64,000 bases of DNA from Paracoccaceae bacterium (GTDB lineage: Bacteria > Pseudomonadota > Alphaproteobacteria > Rhodobacterales > Rhodobacteraceae): positions 88,574 through 152,573 of the forward strand of contig JANQRL010000029.1 in assembly GCA_028284605.1 (NCBI GenBank). The letters are read 5' to 3'. Numbering within the stretch: the first letter of the stretch is position 1; each line of letters begins with the position of its first letter. The notes beneath the pieces are model-generated. The model ran no database searches. It saw only the letters and a program-made list of their open reading frames with translations, and was not told the DNA's origin. The position numbers and the translations under genes are program-made. Below, piece after piece: positions 57,744 to 64,000 of this stretch.

Positions 57744-58693
57744 AACGGCTGCTGATTACCCGGGCGATGCCCGAGAAGGTGCTGGTCGAGGCGCGGGCCC
57801 GGTTCGATGTCACCATGCTGACCGGAACGGAGGGGATGAGTGAGGCCGAGGCGGCGCAGGCGCTTGCCGATTACGATGCGATCCTGCCGACGCTCGGCGA
57901 CAACTTCAGCGCTACCGCCTTTGCCCAGGCGGGGTCGATCCGCTGCGAGGTGCTGGCCAATTTCGGCGTCGGCTACAACCATATCGATGTCGAGGCGGCC
58001 AAGGCGGCCGGGGTCGCGGTGAGCAACACGCCGGATGTCGTCACCGACGCGACCGCGGATATCGGCATGACGCTGATGCTCGCCACCTGCCGCAGGGCCG
58101 GGGAGGGGGAGCGGCTGTTGAGGGCTGGGGACTGGGCCGGGTGGCAGCCGACGCAGATGCTCGGCACCCATGTGACCGGCAAGACACTGGGTATCGTCGG
58201 CATGGGCCGGATCGGGCAGGCGGTGGCGAAGCGCGGGCATTTCGGCTTCGAGATGCCGGTGCTCTACTGGAACCGCTCGGCCAAGGAGGTGCCGTTCGCC
58301 CGGCAGGCGGACCGGCTGTCGGACCTGATGGCGGGGTCGGATATTGTGGTGGTCTGCGTCCCGGGCGGGGCGGCGACGCGGCATCTGGTGGATGCGGAGG
58401 CCCTGGCGGCGATGAAACCCACCGGCATTCTGGTCAACATCGCAAGGGGCGATGTGGTCGACGAGGCGGCGCTGATCCGGGCCTTGCAGGACCGAACCAT
58501 CGCCGGCGCCGGGCTCGACGTCTACGAAAAGGAACCTTACGTGCCGCCCGCGCTCATCGCGATGGAGAATGTGGTGCTCCTGCCCCATCTCGGCACCGCG
58601 GCGCTGGAGGTGCGCGAGGCGATGGGGCTGATGGCGCTCGGCAACGTGATCGCCTGGGCCGAGGGGCATCCGCTGCCGCAGCAGGTGGTCTGA
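57740..58693 (+). CDS. D-2-hydroxyacid dehydrogenase (glyoxylate/hydroxypyruvate reductase-like)
   Basis: 317 aa. NAD motif LGIVGMGRIGQAVA and catalytic NIARGDVVDE ... PHLGTA. The track start is TTG 57740, overlapping the upstream stop. ATG 57767 is an alternative start. Confidence 0.87.
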   Translation: MKRLLITRAMPEKVLVEARARFDVTMLTGTEGMSEAEAAQALADYDAILPTLGDNFSATAFAQAGSIRCEVLANFGVGYNHIDVEAAKAAGVAVSNTPDVVTDATADIGMTLMLATCRRAGEGERLLRAGDWAGWQPTQMLGTHVTGKTLGIVGMGRIGQAVAKRGHFGFEMPVLYWNRSAKEVPFARQADRLSDLMAGSDIVVVCVPGGAATRHLVDAEALAAMKPTGILVNIARGDVVDEAALIRALQDRTIAGAGLDVYEKEPYVPPALIAMENVVLLPHLGTAALEVREAMGLMALGNVIAWAEGHPLPQQVV

Positions 58694-58699
58694 GGGGGC

Positions 58700-59296
58700 T
58701 CAGAGCAGCGGCGGGTCATGGTCTTCCATGGCCTCGCGCCAGTGCTTGCGGCAGAGGCTGACATAGGTCTCGTTGCCGCCGATCTGGACCTGATCGCCGC
58801 CGGTCTGCACCTTGCCGTCGGCGCCGAGGCGCACCACCATCGTCGCCTTGCGCCCGCAATGGCAGATCGTGCGCACCTCCCGCATCTCATCGGCCAGCGC
58901 GAGCAGCGTGGCGGAGCCCGGAAAAAGCTCGCCCCGGAAATCGACGCGCAGCCCATAGGCCATCACCGGCACGCCGAGATCGTCCACCGCCCGGGCCAGT
59001 TGCCAGACCTGCGCCGGCTCCAGGAACTGCGCCTCATCGATGAAGACGCAGGCGCACGGGCCCTCTGCGAGCCGGTCGGCGATCCGGCGGTAGAGATCGT
59101 CCCCCGGGGCGAAGGTGTCGGCCGGCTGGTCGATGCCGATCCGGCTGGCGATCCGGCCCTGGCCCGCGCGGGTATCGAGCTGCGCGGTCAGCAGATAGGT
59201 CGCCATGCCGCGCTCGATATAGTTGTGAGAGGCCTGCAAGAGCACCGTCGACTTGCCGGCATTCATCGTCGAGTAGTGGAAGTAGAGCTTGGCCAT
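58700..59296 (-). CDS. tdk: thymidine kinase
   Basis: Frame of track ORF 58700..59476. Start at ATG 59296. MAKLYFHYSTMNAGKST (P-loop), FIDEAQF, and a zinc ribbon CHCGRKAT...SLCRKH. Confidence 0.92.
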   Translation of the reverse strand: MAKLYFHYSTMNAGKSTVLLQASHNYIERGMATYLLTAQLDTRAGQGRIASRIGIDQPADTFAPGDDLYRRIADRLAEGPCACVFIDEAQFLEPAQVWQLARAVDDLGVPVMAYGLRVDFRGELFPGSATLLALADEMREVRTICHCGRKATMVVRLGADGKVQTGGDQVQIGGNETYVSLCRKHWREAMEDHDPPLL

Positions 59297-59658
59297 GCGC
59301 CTTGTTAGCGGCCGCGGCCGTGGCTGCAAACCTTGGCGAAACGCCTCCGGCCCATCCGCCATTGCCGGCGGGGGCTCCGGAGGCGCCCGACCCCGCGAGT
59401 GATGTTGCCGAAACGCAGGCAACCGGGCCGGTAAACGGGCCAGGAGAAGCGGGAAGCTGGCCCGCTCAGCCAGCAAGGGACCAGCAGTGGATGGGTCGCT
59501 TCCCCTGACCCTACAGCACCGCTTTCACGGCACCGATCACTTGTTACCTTTCCACCGTTTAACGCTTTAGGAATGACAAATCATGTATCGCACTTTAATG
59601 GGAAATCCGGTCGGGCTTTCCCCGGCCTCATTTTTTGAAGCCATCGACGAGGATGCGT

Positions 59659-60111
59659 ATGACGGCGTTTGGCTCCTATCTGAAGAAGCACACCGAGGCT
59701 CTGGTGAAGGATGTGGGTATCGAGCCGGCCTGCATGCTGACCGGCAAGTCCAAGGCGACGTTGGGCCGTTATTATTCAGATGCCGAGGAGCATGAGGACC
59801 GCTTCATGCCGGTCGATGCCGTTGCCGCGCTCGAAGCGTCGTCGTCCTATCCCCATGTGACCTCCGCGCTTGCCGAGCTGCGCGGGATCACGCTCTCGCA
59901 TGACGAGACCGTGAAGAACTCCGAAGGGGGGGTTAACGCGGATGTGATCACGCTGAGCCAGCGCTTCGCGATGCTGATGGCGGAGTACAATCAGTCGATC
60001 GAGGACGGCGTGATAACGATCAACGAGGCGAAGCGACTCCTGCGCGAGACGATCGCGCTGCAAAAGGTGCTGCTCGACATGAAGCTGCATCTCGAGGACG
60101 AGGCGGGGTAG
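59659..60111 (+). CDS. hypothetical regulator, possibly phage CII (CP76)-like
   Basis: Frame of track ORF 59635..60111. ATG 59659 has a GAGG SD 6 nt upstream. HTH-like segment LTGKSKATLGRYYSDAEEHEDRFMPVDAVAALE and a C-terminal amphipathic helix. The locus is A/T-richer. The family call comes from memory of phage 186 CII architecture only. Confidence 0.45.
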   Translation: MTAFGSYLKKHTEALVKDVGIEPACMLTGKSKATLGRYYSDAEEHEDRFMPVDAVAALEASSSYPHVTSALAELRGITLSHDETVKNSEGGVNADVITLSQRFAMLMAEYNQSIEDGVITINEAKRLLRETIALQKVLLDMKLHLEDEAG

Positions 60112-60447
60112 GGCCGCGCCGCCCCCGGGTCAAGCCTGTCTCGGCGATGTGGGGATCCGGGTGCGACGCGGCACCGGCGGGCCCCATCCGAACCCGCCGG
60201 TATGTCGTGAGTGGGTGGCGCGCCGGCCTCCGCCACACCGGCGCCGCGCCCTCCGATCCCCTTGCCCACGACGGAGCCGGTGAGGCTGCCATGGGCCGTC
60301 CGTGTGAAGCGCGGCGCACGATCTGGCGTTTGCCGGCCGGCGCGCCGATGCCACGAGAAAGACCTCTTCGACCGCCCGCGGCTATCCACCGGCGGTTTAG
60401 GGACGGAATTTAGTCCTTTGGTTTATGGCGCGGCGGCGCGGTGCCGC

Positions 60448-61566
60448 TCAGGCCCGCTCGACGATCACCGAGCCGACCGAATAGCCCGCCCCGAACGAGC
60501 AGATCAGGCCGAGATCGCCGGGGGCGAGATCGTCGGAATGCTGCGAAAACGCGATGATCGACCCCGCCGAGGAGGTGTTCGCGTAATCCTGAAGGATGTT
60601 CGGCTGCTCCCCCGGTGCCGGATCGCGGCCGAGCACCTTGCGGCCGATGAAATCGTTCATCGTCTTGTTGGCCTGATGCAGCCAGATGCGCCTGAGGTCC
60701 TCGGCCGTCACGCCCTCCTCTGCCATGTGCCCGGCGATATGGGTGGAGACCAGCGGCAGCACCTCCTTGAAGACCTTGCGCCCGTTCTGCATGAACTGCA
60801 TGTCGCGGCGGTCCTGCATCTGGTCATGGGTGCGGCGCAGGAAGCCGTCATTGTTGCGGATGTTGTTGGAGAACTGCGTGGCCAGCCGGGTCGAGCGGAC
60901 CTTGAACCGGGGTGCGTCGAGCCCCTCGTCGCGTTCCAGCAGCACGGCCGTCGCGACATCGCCGAAGATGAAATGGCAGTCCCGGTCGCGCCATTCGAGA
61001 TGCGCCGAGCAGATCTCCGGGCTGACCACCAGGGCCGAGCGGATCGAGCCGGCGCGGATCATGTCCGCGGCGGTCTGGATGCCGAAGGTGGCGGAGGAAC
61101 AGGCGACGTTCATATCGAAGGCGAAGCCGGAGGTGCCCAGAAGCGCCTGAATCTCCACCGCGATCGCCGGATAGGCCCGTTCGTGGTTCGACGCCGCGCA
61201 GAACACCGCCTCGACCGCGCCCGGCTCGCGCCCGGCCCGGGCCAGGGCCTTGCGTGCCGCATCCACCGCCATTTCCGCCATGATCGAGGGCGCTTCGTCG
61301 GGCCGCGCCGTGAGCTTCGGGAACATGCGATCCGGATCGAGCACGCCCGCGCGGTCCATGACGTAACGCCGCTCGATCCCCGACGCCTTGACGATGAACT
61401 CGGTGGAGGACGGCTCCATGGCTGCCACCTCGCCGGCGGCGATGGCCGCGTGATGGTCGGCGTTCCATCGGTCGACATGGGCGTTGAAGGCGGCCACCAG
61501 CTCGTCGTTCGTGATGCTCTGCTCGGGGGTGAAGACCCCGGTTCCGGTGATCGCGACTGCGTGCAT
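60448..61566 (-). CDS. beta-ketoacyl-ACP synthase III family protein (FabH-like)
   Basis: Lower part of track ORF 60448..63678. Start at ATG 61566, with a GGGAGGGG SD. Cys-His-Asn triad context: DMNVACSSATFG, WLHQANKTM and YANTSSAGS. Confidence 0.88.
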   Translation of the reverse strand: MHAVAITGTGVFTPEQSITNDELVAAFNAHVDRWNADHHAAIAAGEVAAMEPSSTEFIVKASGIERRYVMDRAGVLDPDRMFPKLTARPDEAPSIMAEMAVDAARKALARAGREPGAVEAVFCAASNHERAYPAIAVEIQALLGTSGFAFDMNVACSSATFGIQTAADMIRAGSIRSALVVSPEICSAHLEWRDRDCHFIFGDVATAVLLERDEGLDAPRFKVRSTRLATQFSNNIRNNDGFLRRTHDQMQDRRDMQFMQNGRKVFKEVLPLVSTHIAGHMAEEGVTAEDLRRIWLHQANKTMNDFIGRKVLGRDPAPGEQPNILQDYANTSSAGSIIAFSQHSDDLAPGDLGLICSFGAGYSVGSVIVERA

Positions 61567-61803
61567 CTGGCCCCTCCCGAAGGTCCGGATGTTGTGGCCC
61601 GAACGGCCGGAGGAAGGCAAGGGATCGCCCGAAGAACAACCGTTCTGCCGGGGTCGGACGGACATCTGAGGAGCCGGATCGCGGGATGCCGCGGGGCGGC
61701 GCATCGGCGAGGCTGATGGGTTGCCTCGCGGACCGGGCGGCAGCATACATTTCGTGGTGGACCCCCGTTCGATCCGCCCCGGTTTCCGTGAGGTGAATTT
61801 GCC

Positions 61804-63657
61804 ATGCTGCGCATCCCGATGCTCCTGCCGTCTCTCGCCGCCGTCGCTCTCGGCCAGGCCGCCTTCGCCCAGACCACCGAGGACGTCAGGTCCGACGTGC
61901 TTTCGGCGCTCTCCACCCCCCTGCCGATCACCATCGTCGGCCCGCTCCTGACCCGCGACGTGACGGTGACGGAAGAGGGCGAGGGGTTCCGCGCGGTGCT
62001 GGAGGACACCTCGCTGATGGGCCTCTTCCCGTTCGGCGAGGTCTCGATGGTGCTGACCCCCCTCGACGGTGACCGCTACCGGGTCAGCGAGATGACCTTC
62101 CCCACCGAGATCGACATTCCGGGGCTGGCCGGGCTGTCGTTTTCGGAGATGGAGATCGCGGGCACCTGGTCCGCCACCGATCGGTCCTATTCCGATCTCA
62201 CATGGGTGACGAGCGGCCTGACGGTCTCGCCCCCGGACGGGGTGCCGGGCAGCATCGGCATCGGCCAGCTTTCCTTCGATGTGGTCAAGGAGCCCGACGA
62301 CACCGATACCGAGAGCCGGTTCGAGATCGGCCTGACCGACCTTTCCGTTTTGGATCTGGGGCCCGAGAATATCGAGGCGGGCGAGGTCCGGCTGTTCCTC
62401 GCCGCCAATGGCGAGCGCCCCGTGGACCTCTATTCGCTGCTCCGGGAGGTCATCGTCCGCGGGACGATGGGCGGTCAGGGCGGCGATCTGATGGAGCTGG
62501 GGCAGAGCCTCCTCGGCAACAGTTATTCCGTCGTCACCCTGGACCTCACCGCCCGGGATCTCGATGTCCGGGAGCGGTTCGAGGCCGACGGGGCCTATCT
62601 GACCGCCGGCGGTGCGACGGCGCGTGTCGAACTGAACGACGTCGAACCCCGCGACTGGGGCGGGGCGGAAGTCCGGATCGCGCTGCAGGATGTCGAACAG
62701 CGCGATTATTGGCCCGAGGCGCCCGTTCTGACCCTGGGCGAGGCGGTGCTGGCGGTGCGCGGGGCGGAGCTTCCGGTGGCCGATATGCTCACGACCGCCA
62801 TGCTGTTTGCGGACCCGCCGCGCGGCCGCCCGGTGCCGGCCTCCGCGCTGCTCGACGGGCTGATGGAGTTCGGGGCGCTGGAGGTTCGGACCGAGGGGTC
62901 CGAAGTCCTGCTCGAAGCCTTCGAGCGGCGGTTCGTGGACGGTGAGATGGAATTGCAACCCCTGTTCGTCGGCGGCTATGACGACTGGTCGATGCGCGTC
63001 GCGCTCTCGGGACTGAACGAGAACCAGGGGCGCGTGGAGACAGCGTTTGCGGCGAGCGGCGGCACGTTCAAGCCGCGCGAGGCCATGGGCCCCGAGGCCG
63101 CGCCGCATATCGAGGCCTGGTTCCCGGTGGAGCTGCAGCTGCAATCGGCGGTGTCCTCGCTGAACGAGGGGCTGCTGAAACGGCTCCTGGCGGATGTCGA
63201 GATCGCCAACCTGAACGAGCCGGTCGAACTGGTCCTGCCGATGCTGATCTACGGCGCGGCGACGGTGATGGACGTGGCCGCGGGCGAGAACCACTACGAA
63301 ACCGGTCTCTTCCGGGTCACCCAGAGCGGGACCCTCCAATTCTACCCCACGGAGATGCTCAGCCTCTCGCCCTATACCGGCGAGACCGCGGTGAGCATGG
63401 CCGGGATGGACGCGCTCATGGACTATTTCGAGACGGCTGATCTGGGGATGCGGCCGGACGAGCTGAGCGCGGTCAGGAGCGTCTTCACCGTCCTCGGCAA
63501 CCTCGCGGTAGACGGGCCGGACGGCGCGCTGGACTGGACGATCAGCCGGTCCGACATCTACCGCCGCGAGATCATCGTCAACGACGTGACCCTGCGCTAC
63601 CCGGACCTCGTGCAATTGCTGCCCATGTTCGCCTTTGCGGGGATGTCGGATTTCTGA
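61804..63657 (+). CDS. hypothetical secreted acidic protein (617 aa)
   Basis: Signal peptide MLRIPMLLPSLAAVALGQAAFAQ. High GC3. Balanced but Asp/Glu-rich composition. No Cys-rich or repeat motif and no family recognised. The opposite-strand ORF is Arg/His/Pro-rich, which is typical of antisense frames. Confidence 0.6.
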   Translation: MLRIPMLLPSLAAVALGQAAFAQTTEDVRSDVLSALSTPLPITIVGPLLTRDVTVTEEGEGFRAVLEDTSLMGLFPFGEVSMVLTPLDGDRYRVSEMTFPTEIDIPGLAGLSFSEMEIAGTWSATDRSYSDLTWVTSGLTVSPPDGVPGSIGIGQLSFDVVKEPDDTDTESRFEIGLTDLSVLDLGPENIEAGEVRLFLAANGERPVDLYSLLREVIVRGTMGGQGGDLMELGQSLLGNSYSVVTLDLTARDLDVRERFEADGAYLTAGGATARVELNDVEPRDWGGAEVRIALQDVEQRDYWPEAPVLTLGEAVLAVRGAELPVADMLTTAMLFADPPRGRPVPASALLDGLMEFGALEVRTEGSEVLLEAFERRFVDGEMELQPLFVGGYDDWSMRVALSGLNENQGRVETAFAASGGTFKPREAMGPEAAPHIEAWFPVELQLQSAVSSLNEGLLKRLLADVEIANLNEPVELVLPMLIYGAATVMDVAAGENHYETGLFRVTQSGTLQFYPTEMLSLSPYTGETAVSMAGMDALMDYFETADLGMRPDELSAVRSVFTVLGNLAVDGPDGALDWTISRSDIYRREIIVNDVTLRYPDLVQLLPMFAFAGMSDF

Positions 63658-63764
63658 GGCGACACGCCCTCGCAACACATGCCGATCCGTGGAGCGATCA
63701 CACGTGCAGATTCGGTTGCAGTTTCTTCACCTGTGCACCATATTGCGGGGCAAAGGAGCTGTTG

Positions 63765-64000
63765 GTGCAGATCACAGAAGCCAAATCCCCCGGGCGCGAT
63801 ACCGGCACGGTGCTGACACAGGCCATTCTTCGCGCGGCGGAGTTGCTGGATCTGACAAATGCGGAACTGGCCAGAATTCTGGGTGTTTCGCCGTCCTATG
63901 TCTCGAAACTGAGATCGGGGGCGTCGACGATCCAGGCAGAGTCCAAGACCGGAGAACTGGGCGTCTTGTTCGTTCGCGGGTTCCGGTCGTTGGATGCCAT
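63765..64000 (+). CDS. Xre-like HTH antitoxin of the MbcA/ParS (DUF2384) type; N-terminal 78 codons, truncated by the window edge
   Basis: Own translation from GTG 63765, with an AGGAG SD 6 nt upstream: VQITEAKSPGRDTGTVLTQAILRAAELLDLTNAELARILGVSPSYVSKLRSGASTIQAESKTGELGVLFVRGFRSLDA. The ELxxLFVRxxRSLDA block is characteristic of antitoxins paired with RES toxins. Confidence 0.7.
   Translation, partial: MQITEAKSPGRDTGTVLTQAILRAAELLDLTNAELARILGVSPSYVSKLRSGASTIQAESKTGELGVLFVRGFRSLDA

Noticed and set aside
59583-59795. 70-aa ORF overlapping the start of the CII-like gene
   Set aside because: It overlaps the longer and better-supported frame. It has no SD, and its C-terminal half is Gly/Arg-rich.
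61567-63678. Upstream 704 codons of the 1076-aa minus-strand ORF 60448..63678, which would make a giant KAS III fusion
   Set aside because: The KAS III homology begins at Met 61566 with a strong SD. The extension is Arg/His/Pro-rich and is antisense to the signal-peptide protein at 61804..63657, which has coding-like GC3.

Overview
The window looks like core chromosome from a high-GC alphaproteobacterium. G+C is roughly two-thirds by eye and was not computed. A Rhodobacterales origin is inferred from two Hint-domain orphan genes and the overall gene content. I call about 65 protein-coding genes and 2 tRNAs (Gly-UCC and Phe-GAA). I see no rRNA, CRISPR array, transposase, integrase or prophage structural genes. 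Recognisable units, in order: (1) the maeB 5' end; (2) a nucleoside-salvage operon, cdd-deoA-deoB-add-upp; (3) a SPOR-domain protein; (4) a minus-strand fatty-acid beta-oxidation cluster with a MerR regulator, long acyl-CoA dehydrogenase, small ORF, GST, thiolase, an unknown ORF and a FadJ-like enzyme, followed by a second MerR paralog, two hotdog thioesterases and a MATE pump; (5) pyrD; (6) a UshA-like 5'-nucleotidase; (7) an SRAP/YedK peptidase; (8) a MacB-type ABC/FtsX/HlyD exporter; (9) an MsbA-like ABC transporter; (10) two acyl-CoA synthetases; (11) yacG, an RNase E/G-like gene, maf and infA; (12) purEK; (13) hsp20 plus DUF1150; (14) sat/cysC; (15) trxB; (16) lrp; (17) pgeF, a MidA-like methyltransferase and lgt; (18) ubiK, ybjN, proC and csaA; (19) tdk; (20) a stand-alone KAS III. 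The right edge holds the start of an Xre/MbcA-type antitoxin. I did not find a convincing novel multi-gene system such as a defence island. The most unusual content is non-coding. First, a mosaic family of structured intergenic repeats has at least five copies, including a 144-bp hairpin-ended module present twice at about 92% identity. Second, four perfect TTCGAA-centred palindromes sit between two tandem MerR paralogs. Third, three perfect palindromes sit in a convergent spacer. Fourth, a sigma32-like promoter and a ROSE-like bulged-G anti-SD hairpin lie upstream of hsp20. Secondary leads are several visibly A/T-richer islets carrying orphan genes: a secreted 150-aa protein, a 57-aa ORF and a phage CII-like regulator. 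A KAS III gene divergent from a 617-aa acidic secreted protein is a further lead. All functional calls rest on my own recognition of motifs in the translations. No database search was run.
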